A stretch of 64,000 bases of DNA, taken from NCBI GenBank assembly GCA_963675295.2, contig CAXXKJ010000002.1, positions 4,384,001 to 4,448,000 on the forward strand, in the 5' to 3' direction. The first letter of the stretch is position 1; each line of letters begins with the position of its first letter. This DNA comes from a bacterium. Lineage in GTDB: Bacteria > Electryoneota > Electryoneia > Electryoneales > Electryoneaceae. The notes beneath the pieces were generated by a model. It saw only the letters and a list, made by a program, of their open reading frames with translations. It had not been told where the DNA came from and did not search any database. Position numbers and translations under genes: made by a program. Below, one piece after another: positions 1 to 9,368 of the stretch.

Positions 1-893
1 CAGCCGGGTTCGCTGTTGTGCTGGCAGTCCCGGAACCGGCAGTGTTCCGCCAGGTCCGCGATGTCGGAGAACGACGTGTCCAGCCCGTGCTCATCGTCCA
101 CCATGCCAATTTCACGCATGCCCGGTGTGTCGAGCAGCAGGCCGCCGTCCGGCAATTCGATCAGTTCGCGCCGGGTGGTGGTGTGTCGTCCCACGCCGGA
201 TTCGAACTCGGACAGCGACTTCACAGCCTGCCGTTCCTCGCCGAGCAGCCGGTTGATGATGGACGATTTCCCCACCCCGGACGATCCGACCAGTGCGACG
301 GTCTGTCCGGGTTCGAGGTACGCGCGCAGCCGGTCGAGACCATCCCCGCGTTCAGCGCTGGCGGGCAGCACCGGCACGCCGGGCGCGACCGCCGCGAGCT
401 CATCCAGCATCGGCGCTGGATCGTCCACGAGGTCGACCTTGTTCAGCACGATCACCGGATCGGCGCCGGAATCCCACACGAGAGTGAGGTAACGCTCGAC
501 CCGTCGTGTGCTGAAGTCGCGGTTGGTGGCGACGACGATGAAGAAGGTGTCGACATTGGCTGCGATCGACTGCCGGGAGTGTTCGGACCCCGCCGCACGC
601 CTGAACAGAGCGGTGCGTCGCGCGAGCACGTGATGGATGATCGCGCGGTCGTGGGCATCGTCAACCAGCACCCAATCTCCGGCGACTGGCCGGGTTTCGG
701 GTGCGAGCGTGTGCAACAGATTGCCGCTCAGCTCGGCGAGCGAAACTTGCGCGCCGCCGAGGATAAACACGTCCCGGTTGTCCGCGATGACACGTGCGGG
801 TGTCAGGTTGCGGTTGGAACTCTGCTGCTTTTCGTACTGCTTGACCTGCTTATCGAAAAACTTGCTGTAGCCAAAACGTTCTAACGTATTCAC
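1..893 (-). CDS. rsgA: Ribosome small subunit-dependent GTPase A, paralog 1 (3' end runs off window)
   Basis: Not in the ORF track. Manual minus-strand translation from GTG at 893 gives VAGDWV, AANVD, VERYL, LNKVDL, GSSGVGKSS, GRHTTT, DTPGMRE and the Zn motif CRFRDCQH: a circularly permuted YjeQ GTPase. Confidence 0.9.
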   Translation of the reverse strand, partial: MNTLERFGYSKFFDKQVKQYEKQQSSNRNLTPARVIADNRDVFILGGAQVSLAELSGNLLHTLAPETRPVAGDWVLVDDAHDRAIIHHVLARRTALFRRAAGSEHSRQSIAANVDTFFIVVATNRDFSTRRVERYLTLVWDSGADPVIVLNKVDLVDDPAPMLDELAAVAPGVPVLPASAERGDGLDRLRAYLEPGQTVALVGSSGVGKSSIINRLLGEERQAVKSLSEFESGVGRHTTTRRELIELPDGGLLLDTPGMREIGMVDDEHGLDTSFSDIADLAEHCRFRDCQHNSEPG

Positions 894-949
894 GGTATTC
901 TTCCTTGCAAATGCGTGGTGCACCCGCCAGACGAACGCCGCCTTGGAAC

Positions 950-1105
950 CGGGGACACTTTGTCCCCAAAGTGTCCCCGATCTTTCATGTTCACCTGGGA
1001 CACGTAGTCCTCTTCGTGCCCCCAAATCACCGTATATCGACGAGATCCCTCACCTGCGTTCAGGATTTCGTCTGCTTGGGACACTTAACGGAGTAAGTGT
1101 CCCCG
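950..1105. repeat. Cluster of GGGGACAC...GTGTCCCC palindromic REP-like elements
   Basis: Two good copies and one degenerate copy. The copy gggacacttaacggagtaagtgtcccc (~1078-1104) recurs as its reverse complement at ~21173-21199 and as a variant at ~29177-29203. Confidence 0.75.
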
Positions 1106-1111
1106 TCACAA

Positions 1112-1996
1112 TCAGAACGACCGCGCGACCGGATTGCGGGGATCCTCACGGTAATCGTAGAACCCGACACCGGTCTTGTTGCCGAGGAATCCACCGGCGA
1201 CCATCTTGCGCAGCAACGGGCACGGGCGATACTTGCTGTCGCCGAGGCCGCTGTGCAACACTTCCATGATCGCGAGGCAGACGTCGTTGCCGATCAGGTC
1301 GGCGAGGCGCAGCGGACCCATCGGATGGGCCATGCCAAGCTTCATCACGCCGTCGATTTCCGCGACGCCGCCGACGCCTTCCATCAGCGCGTACACGGCT
1401 TCGTTGATCATCGGCATCAGGATACGGTTCGCGACGAAACCGGGGTAATCATTGACCACGATCGGCACCTTGCCCATCGTTTTCGACAGTTCGTCCACGG
1501 CCGCATAGGTCTCGTCCGACGTCGCCAGTCCGCGAATCACTTCGACCAATTTCATCATCGGCACGGGATTCATGAAGTGCATGCCGATCACTTTGTCGGT
1601 ACGGTTGGTGTGCGCGGCGATTTCGGTGATCGAAATCGTCGACGTGTTGGAGGCGAGGATGGTGCCTTCCGGCGCCAGCTCGTCCAACTGCTTGAACACC
1701 TTGAACTTGATGTCCGGGTTCTCGGTGGCGGCTTCGACGATCAGCTCGCGATCTTTCAGCGCGTCATAGTCTGTGGTGAAGGTGATGTTTCCAAGGGCGG
1801 CATCCGCCTGGTCCTGGGTCAGTTTTTCCTTCTTGACCATACGACCGAGGTTTTTCTCGATGGTGCCTTTCGCCCGATCGAGAAAATCCTGCTTGATGTC
1901 GACGGCGACAACGTCCAGGCCTGTCTGTCCCGCGACCTGGGCGATACCATTGCCCATGGTGCCAGTTCCCACCACGCCAAACTTAGTGATGCTCAC
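1112..1996 (-). CDS. hbd: 3-hydroxybutyryl-CoA dehydrogenase
   Basis: [10 protein letters not shown] Rossmann motif, [35 protein letters not shown]. Confidence 0.93.
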   Translation of the reverse strand: MSITKFGVVGTGTMGNGIAQVAGQTGLDVVAVDIKQDFLDRAKGTIEKNLGRMVKKEKLTQDQADAALGNITFTTDYDALKDRELIVEAATENPDIKFKVFKQLDELAPEGTILASNTSTISITEIAAHTNRTDKVIGMHFMNPVPMMKLVEVIRGLATSDETYAAVDELSKTMGKVPIVVNDYPGFVANRILMPMINEAVYALMEGVGGVAEIDGVMKLGMAHPMGPLRLADLIGNDVCLAIMEVLHSGLGDSKYRPCPLLRKMVAGGFLGNKTGVGFYDYREDPRNPVARSF

Positions 1997-2192
1997 AATG
2001 TCCTCCCTCTCGTTCGTCCGTGGATTTATTTCCGCTCAGCTAACGTGTTTGGTCGATCCGAAAATGTCCGTTATTCGTTTCGGATTGGTCCTTCGTGATT
2101 CATTGCTTCTGAAGTGACGTTCGTGCCTTGGGTATATTGTGACCCAGCGTGCAAGTTTCAGGTTTCACCTGGGCTCTGGGCTCCAGAAATTG

Positions 2193-2670
2193 ACCCCGAA
2201 GGGGTGGCATCTGACTAGCTCCGGGTGCCAACCCGGGGAAATGACGGCCAACCACCAATCCCTTTCCGCCGAGCCGTTCCCCTGTTTTCCACCCTAACGG
2301 GGTGGCATCTCAAGGAAGATACCGTCAATCCCCATTCGCAACACCTCGACCCCGTCAGGCCTTCGCCCCACCCCGAAGGGGTGGCATCTGACTAGCTCCG
2401 GTTGCTAACCCGGGGAATCGGCGACCCATCACCAATCCTCGCCCAGCCGCCAACCCGTTCCCCTGTTGTCCACCCCAACGGGGTGGCATCTCAAGGAAGA
2501 TACCGTCAATCCCCATCCGCCGCACCTCGACCCCGTCAGGCCTTCGCCCCACCCCGAAGGGGTGGCATCTGACAAGCTCCGGGTGCCAACCCGGGGAATC
2601 GGCGACCCGTCACCAATCCTCCCCCAGCCGCCGACCTGTTTCAAGGTTTTCCACCCCAACGGGGTGGCAC
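2193..2670. repeat. Tandem ~180-bp REP-containing units on the 3' side of the Y1 transposase
   Basis: accccgaaggggtggcatctgac(t/a)agctccgg...aacccgggg starts at 2193, 2370 and 2551, with conserved intervening sequence. Confidence 0.88.
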
Positions 2671-3117
2671 TCAAGGCAAATACCGTTCGTCGATTTCAAC
2701 TCCCATCGTCGCCATCAGCTGCTTGAATTCATCCAGAAAGGACACTTCCCGGTGATGTTCATCCTGATTCGCGATGTAGTGAATTACCCGCTCACGGTCA
2801 TCCCAATCGACGGTGAAAGCGGCGTACCCGTCCTGCCAATGGCGAAACCGTGGGAATTTCCCGTTTTCCTTCATCCACGCGGAGGAGCTGGTCTTTACAA
2901 TTCGCACAAAATCGGCCAGCGCGATGGACGGATGCAGATCAACCAACAGGTGAAGATGTTCACGATAGCCACCGATCTGATACGGAAAACAGTCCTTGTT
3001 TCGACACAATCCCAAGATGTAGGCAAATAACTCAGTCCGCGCGGAATCCAGCAGCACCTGGTCCCGATTCTTCGTCGCGAAAATGATATGAACCAGCATA
3101 CGGCGATAAGTGGACAT
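2671..3117 (-). mobile_element. tnpA: IS200/IS605-family Y1 transposase, REP-associated (RAYT-like TnpA)
   Basis: HIIFATKNR, HUH motif EHLHLL, WQDGYAAFTV, catalytic YIANQ..HH. Flanked by inverted REP clusters. No tnpB. Confidence 0.88.
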
Positions 3118-3196
3118 TTGGTCTCCCACGCGTACAATTCGGCCCCTTCAGGGCCGGTTCCGAGAATCTTGATTGATTGTTCGCCACCTAATGCAA

Positions 3197-3336
3197 CCCC
3201 GGGTTGACACCCGGAGCTAGTCAGATTCGCCCCCTTCGGGGACAACACCAGCACCACCTTCGACCAACGGATAGGGTGTTGTACCATTATCCCCCGGGTT
3301 GACACCCGGAGCTAGTCAGATTCGTCCCCTTCGGGG
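3197..3336. repeat. Two REP copies on the 5' side of tnpA, inverted relative to the left cluster
   Basis: ccccgggttgacacccggagctagtcagattcg(c/t)ccccttcgggg at 3197-3241 and 3292-3336 approximates the reverse complement of the left REP core. Confidence 0.85.
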
Positions 3337-3410
3337 ACAACACCCCGCAAACCTATTCAACGAATGCGAAAGGCGATATCATCTCCGGTATCACCTCTCC
3401 CACGTCGGCA

Positions 3411-4376
3411 TTACGATTCATCATCCAACCCCAGCACCTCCGCCAACACCGGCACCGATTCCGCACTGATCCAGTAGTACGAATTCCGGATATCGTAGCC
3501 TTCGCCGGTCATCCGTGTGAAAAAGAGCACGTGGCCATCGGGACTCAACGACGGGAACCGTTCTTCGTCGAACGAATTCACCGTCTCGCCGAGGCTGACC
3601 CCTTCACCCCATGTGCCGTCGGGCTGACGCACGCTGATGCACAGATCCATGCCGCCAAAGCCGTGTTCGAGATCGTCAAACCTGCCGAACAGCAGAAAAC
3701 GCCCCTGCGGATCGATCCATGGGTCCGCTTCAAGATACTCAGTGTTCACCGCGCCCGGGAGAGAGCGCTCGGGTTGGTACTGTCCATCAACAAATTCCGC
3801 GATAAACAGGTCATTGTTCCGCGGTTCCTCCACCCGTCGGCTGAAGATGATTGTGCCATCATCCATCAACGCGAACTGGCTGGAGACGGTTTCTTCATTG
3901 AACGGCGCATCTAACGGCTCCGGCGTGCCCCAGCCGGACGAATCCCGCTGCACCGTCCAGATTCGATTGTGCGGATTGAGTTCGTCTCCGATCGGCCGTT
4001 CGGACGTGAAGTACAGCGTCGTACCATCGGGCGAATACTGCGGCCCGCCGCAGGAATACCCCGCGGAAAATGACGTCACTGACGGAATCGTAAACTGGTT
4101 GTCCTCAAACCGCGCCGCGACCACCTTCTGGTGAAATCCTTCCACCTCTCGCCAGAAGATCGACCACGTGATTTCGTGGTCGTTCGGGTGAATTTCAAGC
4201 GCGGAATGCGGTTCGAACCGTGTGCCGAAATACCCCGGCCGGAACGGTTTCGCGGTCTCCGGCGGGTTACCGTGCCACGCAATTTCCTGCGTCCCGTCGC
4301 CGCACCCACCACTCGCGATCAACAGCACCACCAGCCCAATGAGCAGCAATCCGGACCCAGCCGTTCTCAATTTCAT
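3411..4376 (-). CDS. PD40/TolB-like beta-propeller lipoprotein
   Basis: Signal peptide ending SGGC. Repeats PQYSPDGTTLYFTS, PWIDPQGRFLLF, PSLSPDGHVLFFT. Confidence 0.8.
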   Translation of the reverse strand: MKLRTAGSGLLLIGLVVLLIASGGCGDGTQEIAWHGNPPETAKPFRPGYFGTRFEPHSALEIHPNDHEITWSIFWREVEGFHQKVVAARFEDNQFTIPSVTSFSAGYSCGGPQYSPDGTTLYFTSERPIGDELNPHNRIWTVQRDSSGWGTPEPLDAPFNEETVSSQFALMDDGTIIFSRRVEEPRNNDLFIAEFVDGQYQPERSLPGAVNTEYLEADPWIDPQGRFLLFGRFDDLEHGFGGMDLCISVRQPDGTWGEGVSLGETVNSFDEERFPSLSPDGHVLFFTRMTGEGYDIRNSYYWISAESVPVLAEVLGLDDES

Positions 4377-4433
4377 CCTCACCTTCCCCCTCGTCCCTGC
4401 TCTCCGTGATCCGCCAGACGATGCATTCCACCG

Positions 4434-5426
4434 CTATTTCTTGTACGCAACGTAGATATCCGCCTCGATAATCTCGCTGTCTTCCACGAAGTGATGCACA
4501 AAATACAGATTGCCAGCGTCATCGAGTGTAGGTTCTCCGGCAAACGACGACACGATCAACTCCGGCTCGGACCAGTTCCCATCATCCCGAACAGCCCGGT
4601 AAATCGCCGGCGCACCCTGGTAGGTCCGCGTGAACCACAGCTCATTTCCGTCCAACGAAACAAACGGCCAGCCATCCCGTTCCGCTGAATTGACCGCGTC
4701 GACGTGAAGAGGATCGGACCATATATCGCCATCTCTCGTCGTCATCCAGATGTCGTAGTCGCCGAGTCCTCCTTCCCGATCCGAATGGAAATACAAAGCG
4801 TCTCCGTGCAGATGTACCTCGCCGATCTGGCATTCCTGATTCAGATAGTCGCCGGCATAGGTCCAATCCATCCAACGGCCATCCTGCCACGTTGCGGTGA
4901 ACATGTTCACATCCGCAAACCCTTCCCGCGCGGACGCGAACCACATCTCGTCCTCCTGCACACACACCGCGCCGTCCAGCGAGAGAACGCCCGGCGCGTT
5001 CAGCCACAGTCGTTCCGCCTCATCCCATTCGCCACCGCTCAGGTGCGATACCCACACCCCGCTGACGCTGTCCAGCAGCTGTTTATCGGGTTGAATCCGC
5101 ACATCCGGCGTGAAGAAAAAGTACATCGTCTTGCCGTCGGGCAGGATGAACGGCGAATCCTCCGCGCCATTGGTGTTGATCGGTCCGGGCAGCGGGATTG
5201 GGTCCTCGAACTCGTCCGAGTGTAGCACCGGCGGGTAAATGTCGGTCGCGGGAGTGCGTTTCACGATATCAGCGGGCAGTTTATCGTGCCGGTCAACATT
5301 CGGGTAGTCCACTGGCGGGTCCGGCACTGCAGGGTTGTCCCCCTCGCACCCGGCCACAACCAGCAGGCTCAACGCGATCAACAGAGTTGCGAGTGAGAAG
5401 CCACGTGTCAGGTGTGCGATTGTCAT
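4434..5426 (-). CDS. PD40/TolB-like beta-propeller lipoprotein
   Basis: Lipobox VVAGC. EDSPFILPDGKTMYF, GGLGDYDIW, DGWPFVSLDGNELWF. Confidence 0.8.
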   Translation of the reverse strand: MTIAHLTRGFSLATLLIALSLLVVAGCEGDNPAVPDPPVDYPNVDRHDKLPADIVKRTPATDIYPPVLHSDEFEDPIPLPGPINTNGAEDSPFILPDGKTMYFFFTPDVRIQPDKQLLDSVSGVWVSHLSGGEWDEAERLWLNAPGVLSLDGAVCVQEDEMWFASAREGFADVNMFTATWQDGRWMDWTYAGDYLNQECQIGEVHLHGDALYFHSDREGGLGDYDIWMTTRDGDIWSDPLHVDAVNSAERDGWPFVSLDGNELWFTRTYQGAPAIYRAVRDDGNWSEPELIVSSFAGEPTLDDAGNLYFVHHFVEDSEIIEADIYVAYKK

Positions 5427-5468
5427 CGTTTCCCCCCGAAAGATGATCGGCTGCGAACAGCGGTGAGC

Positions 5469-5873
5469 CTATAATTTCGAGCGTGCGACGACAAAACTCA
5501 ACCCCGCCAGCACAAGCGTCAACGGGCCGAACGCGTACATCTCCACCCCTGGTCCGGCGGTCATGTTCCCCACGAAATTGAGCAGGAAATATGCAAACAT
5601 CACCCACGCTGCGACACAGACTGTCTTCCGTAACTTCCCCCGCAGAATGAATCCCGTCCGCGCGGCGACGATCCCGATGAACAGTAGCGTCACCAGCAGC
5701 GCAGACAGTTCCATCAGCACCAGGTTCAACCGGTCGCTGTCCGCCCGTCCGCCCCAGACAATGTCGCCCGGCACCACGCCGGTCATCACCAGCACGTGAA
5801 ACACGGCCAGCAACGCCAGCAGCCCGATCAGGCCACGGGCCGCAAGAGTCCCCGCACGTTGCGAATTGCTCAT
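5469..5873 (-). CDS. Hypothetical 4-TM membrane protein
   Basis: Four hydrophobic segments and a WGGR loop. Co-oriented and tightly spaced with neighbours. Confidence 0.7.
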   Translation of the reverse strand: MSNSQRAGTLAARGLIGLLALLAVFHVLVMTGVVPGDIVWGGRADSDRLNLVLMELSALLVTLLFIGIVAARTGFILRGKLRKTVCVAAWVMFAYFLLNFVGNMTAGPGVEMYAFGPLTLVLAGLSFVVARSKL

Positions 5874-5894
5874 CAGCCAATCAACCCTTCGGGT

Positions 5895-6341
5895 TCACGC
5901 TTGCTTGTCGTCACGTTTCCTGCCATTCGAGAACAGCTGCCGCCACTTCGTGTGTTCCTGGCTGATCAGGGTTTCCACATTGCTCACGAACAGGTTGAAA
6001 CGGCTAGCATCTTCTTGATAGGGCGCGGTTTTCGTCAGGTACAACATTTTCTCGTGCTTCAACGTCTCGCAGACGGTGCGGTACTCCACCCAGTGTTCCC
6101 GCAAGCTGAGCAGCGAGATAATCGACGACAGGATCGCGATCAACGCCCCGAGAATCGACACGATCAGCACCGCCTGGGGATGTTCACCGTAAATGTTAAT
6201 CACCGGAATCGACGACGAACTCACAATCACGATCACCTGGAATCCGATGAACAACCGCTTGAATTTCGTGCTCTTTCGGTTGTACCAGTCGATCTGGTTA
6301 TCCACGCGCGATTCCAGATAAGTCTTTTCATCCATGTCCAT
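5895..6341 (-). CDS. DUF4231 / SLATT-domain 2-TM protein
   Basis: YLESRVDNQIDWY, two TM helices, EHWVEYRTVCETLKHEK...VETLISQEHTKW. RBS ggagg. Confidence 0.82.
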   Translation of the reverse strand: MDMDEKTYLESRVDNQIDWYNRKSTKFKRLFIGFQVIVIVSSSSIPVINIYGEHPQAVLIVSILGALIAILSSIISLLSLREHWVEYRTVCETLKHEKMLYLTKTAPYQEDASRFNLFVSNVETLISQEHTKWRQLFSNGRKRDDKQA

Positions 6342-6629
6342 TCTCGCCTCCGCCGGGTGCGTGCGCTGTGTACAACATGCAAAACGCGTAGCCGTCCAAA
6401 TGTACTCGATTTCCGACGCACAGTCGAATGAGAAAGCCCATTTCCGCTCACGTTATCCGTCAGATAGCTCACCCCGGACCATGCCCTCACCCTCCCGACT
6501 CAACCAGACCACCGACACATTCACAATTCCCGATCAACTGGGGTCCGTGACCAACACTGTGACACTGAACCCACACGTCCCGGCCCGCACTGCCTGATCC
6601 AACTCTATGTATTTCAATAACATATACGT

Positions 6630-6644
6630 TGGCATTGTGCTTGC
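6630..6644 (+). promoter_or_regulatory. Putative sigma-54 (-24/-12) promoter
   Basis: TGGCATTGTGCTTGC, GG-N10-GC with the TTGC consensus, ~75 nt upstream of the ATG at 6721. Confidence 0.65.
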
Positions 6645-6720
6645 AAATACTTAGGCTGACCCATTGGGACAACGGGTCCATCACGGGAAACCAACCAGGA
6701 CTTCTGAAGGGGGACGACCA

Positions 6721-7245
6721 ATGAGCACTCATTCACGATTCACGGGTCTGACAACTACTGCGGGTCGAATTCGAGGGCTGGGTGGCCCGGTTTGCTTGTC
6801 AAACCGGGTGTCTCATGCACTGAAATTGGCACTGATTCTGCCGGCGCTACTGATGCTGACCGGTTGCGACGCCGTTGTGGACGCGTTCGATGGCGTCAAC
6901 ACACCCGACGTTTACAGCCCGAAGGACGGCACCACGGTCCACGTCTCCAACCCGGACGACCGCACAGTCACCTTCACCTGGAGCGCCGAACACGCCGACT
7001 ACTACGAGCTGAAATTCTACGAAGACCACGGCGGCTCGAAAACGCTCTGGGGCTCGGCGACCGTCTACCCGACCTACGGCAGCCAGGTCAGCTACCCGAT
7101 GAGCTTTTCGTCCACCCACGCCGGCCTCACCCTGCGCTGGACCGTCCAGGCGTACAAATTCGACTACACCGACACCGAAACCGGCCACGACTGGTACGAC
7201 ATCTCCAACCCCACCCACGAACGCCGGATCTACCTGAAACCGTAG
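6721..7245 (+). CDS. Hypothetical lipoprotein with Ig/FN3-like beta-rich domain
   Basis: Lipobox LLMLTGC, VTFTWS..ADYYEL, WTVQAY. Strong GC3 coding bias. Start codon uncertain. Confidence 0.65.
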   Translation: MSTHSRFTGLTTTAGRIRGLGGPVCLSNRVSHALKLALILPALLMLTGCDAVVDAFDGVNTPDVYSPKDGTTVHVSNPDDRTVTFTWSAEHADYYELKFYEDHGGSKTLWGSATVYPTYGSQVSYPMSFSSTHAGLTLRWTVQAYKFDYTDTETGHDWYDISNPTHERRIYLKP

Positions 7246-7294
7246 CCGCCGCCTCAATCAACCCGCTGCCTCGTTCAACACGCAGCCATTGCTT

Positions 7295-7420
7295 GCCGCC
7301 CTCGCCGCGTAGCGGCGAAACAACGTTAGCGTGTGGCTTCAGCCACACGAACCGGCCACCCCCACTAACCAGCCTCCCCCCAGTTTCCTCGTGCAACGCG
7401 TCCTGTAGGGACGCCGCATC
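7295..7420. repeat. Composite REP-like element (gccgcgtagcggc / cgtgtggcttcagccacacg / gcgtcctgtagggacgccgc)
   Basis: The same three palindromes occur in reverse-complement order at ~50677-50790. Confidence 0.75.
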
Positions 7421-7469
7421 TCCGCCGCACCCGCTACCGCGAATTCAACCCGACCCGTTCGTCAACCCC

Positions 7470-8258
7470 TCACCGTTCCTTCGGGCTGTAGTGCCGGCAC
7501 AGCCACCGGCTCAACCCGTCCAGGCCGGGAAACAAGACCCGTTCGGTGATGTTGCACTGGTCGAGCTTGTCACGGATTTCCCATTTCACATCTTTCGGGA
7601 TGATGATTCGCTGGCACAAGTCGGGGTGGCGTTTGATCCAGTCCTCGAGCCCGAGCGACGGATTCGACATCAGCGAGAACAACGCAAACTGGTTGACAAT
7701 CCGGTCATCCATCGACGGCGGCTCGAAGAACAGCAGGAATGGTTGCCGCGACAATGCGTCAAACTCGCCCAACGTTTTCACCGCCTTGTTCAGCAGTTCG
7801 GTGGTGAACGCGATCGCGCCTTCATCCTCCAGCACAGCCGTCAACTTCTTCGGCAGCAATTTCTGCGCTTTTTCGATGTTGATGCACCAGATGACGCCGT
7901 CGTGGTCGAATTTGAGCGTGTTCGCGGTGGCAAAATGGGTGGCGACCAGGGGCGAATAGGTCCAGTCGAGCAGACGGGTGGGCAATCCATGATGCTGCGC
8001 GACACTCAGCCAGTGCCAGAAGAAATCACGTTCGACCACATCGCGGTGCGCGTACTTCATGAAGTTACGCAGCAGGTGACGTTCCAGCCGGACATAATCC
8101 CCGCCCAGCCGCATCAGGCTGGTGACCAACTCGTAGTTCGCGTCCGACAACCCACGGAACGTCCACGAAGAGCGGTACCGCCCGAGCTCCGCGTTCCACG
8201 AGTTCTCGAACAACAACTCCTGCAGATGTGTCCAGCTCTTTGCGGTCTCGGTGTGCAT
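7470..8258 (-). CDS. FRG domain-containing protein
   Basis: FRG motif, AQHHGLPTRLLDWTYSPLVATHFA, RIVNQFALF, LFPGLDG. Confidence 0.9.
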   Translation of the reverse strand: MHTETAKSWTHLQELLFENSWNAELGRYRSSWTFRGLSDANYELVTSLMRLGGDYVRLERHLLRNFMKYAHRDVVERDFFWHWLSVAQHHGLPTRLLDWTYSPLVATHFATANTLKFDHDGVIWCINIEKAQKLLPKKLTAVLEDEGAIAFTTELLNKAVKTLGEFDALSRQPFLLFFEPPSMDDRIVNQFALFSLMSNPSLGLEDWIKRHPDLCQRIIIPKDVKWEIRDKLDQCNITERVLFPGLDGLSRWLCRHYSPKER

Positions 8259-8340
8259 GGGTAACAAACCTGAATCGTTGAATTTCTAACGGAAACTTAT
8301 TGACAGAACGGTCGTTTAATTAGTACATAGGCTATTGACG

Positions 8341-8420
8341 TAGGCATGCGTGGGAATTAACCGTAGGTCGTCCTCAGGACGGCAGCGCATATAGCGTGGG
8401 ATCCTACGGCCCAGGGCCTA
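8341..8420 (-). ncRNA. Candidate structured RNA immediately 3' of the DUF3800 gene
   Basis: Nested stems UAGGC/GCCUA, CCGUAGG/CCUACGG and CGUCC/GGACG, with two copies of UCCCACGC. The position matches the known association of conserved RNA motifs with DUF3800 genes. Confidence 0.55.
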
Positions 8421-9233
8421 CGTTTTCATTTTGTCCCTCAGCCAATCGCAGCAAGGCTGGTCTCTAATGTCTGCCATTGCCTCTCTTGGTACGATTTTCA
8501 ATCCATGTCCCCACATTTTTCCTCGGCTCTTGTACATGATCGGATTCAACGTCTGAAAATAGCGTGGCTCAGTGTTTTCATAGGGATCGCGTTCCAAGGC
8601 ATTAAATGTAGCGCCAGCAACAGCATCAGCAAGCTGCAATCCCATCGACTTGCCAGGGGTTTTTGCATGAATCTGGTCGATATCCACGTGATTGAAGTCG
8701 ATCCTAATGTCATGATTATTCTCTTGCATACTCTGCAGGTGACGTAGGTAATACTTCATTTCTTCGTAGGACATTCCAGAACGGTTTGAGAATAAAACGT
8801 CCGCAGTACCATCACCTCCGTATTTTTCTGGATTATGTGTGTCGCGAACCAACCATGATACTCGTTCCAGCAAGTAACGGACGCAATAGAAATACAGGCC
8901 ATAGCGGTCTCTGAACTTCTCTGGTTCTAGCAGCGATGGTTTATGCACACAGATTGAAAGTACCCGAGCTGGTAATCCACCGATGATTTGTGAATAGCGC
9001 ACTTTCTGCGGGTGTTTGAGTTTTTTCCAATGAACGTGTTTCTTCGGATCAAGTCCAAACTCTTCACGTACTTCATCGATGATCTTGACGGTTTCAAGAT
9101 CGTTTGCTGAGCGAGTCACGAACGCAGAAAGTACAAACCAGTCGCTACTGCCATTGTCAGCTGCAACCGTGCGAAAACTGAATCCTTCATCCCCGGATTC
9201 GTCGATGTAGACCTTGTGCGAAGCTTTGCTCAT
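8418..9233 (-). CDS. DUF3800 domain-containing protein
   Basis: N-terminal YIDESG and C-terminal GLQLADAVAG (QxxD) motifs. Confidence 0.88.
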   Translation of the reverse strand: MSKASHKVYIDESGDEGFSFRTVAADNGSSDWFVLSAFVTRSANDLETVKIIDEVREEFGLDPKKHVHWKKLKHPQKVRYSQIIGGLPARVLSICVHKPSLLEPEKFRDRYGLYFYCVRYLLERVSWLVRDTHNPEKYGGDGTADVLFSNRSGMSYEEMKYYLRHLQSMQENNHDIRIDFNHVDIDQIHAKTPGKSMGLQLADAVAGATFNALERDPYENTEPRYFQTLNPIMYKSRGKMWGHGLKIVPREAMADIRDQPCCDWLRDKMKT

Positions 9234-9368
9234 CCTGCAGACTCATCTCTTGAGACCCGGGGCAAGCCCCGGGCCACCCGTCGCAATTCTATTTTGCTTG
9301 GCTAGCTGCAAGTACCGTCAACTGATGCTGAATAGAACCATACTGAGGGAGCTTTTGGGTATATACTC

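Noticed and set aside
18-884. 288-aa plus-strand ORF in the track
   Set aside because: It is the antisense shadow of rsgA, whose motifs are clear on the minus strand.
2193-2670. Possible CRISPR array
   Set aside because: The intervening sequences are conserved between units rather than unique spacers, the period is ~180 bp, and no cas genes are present.
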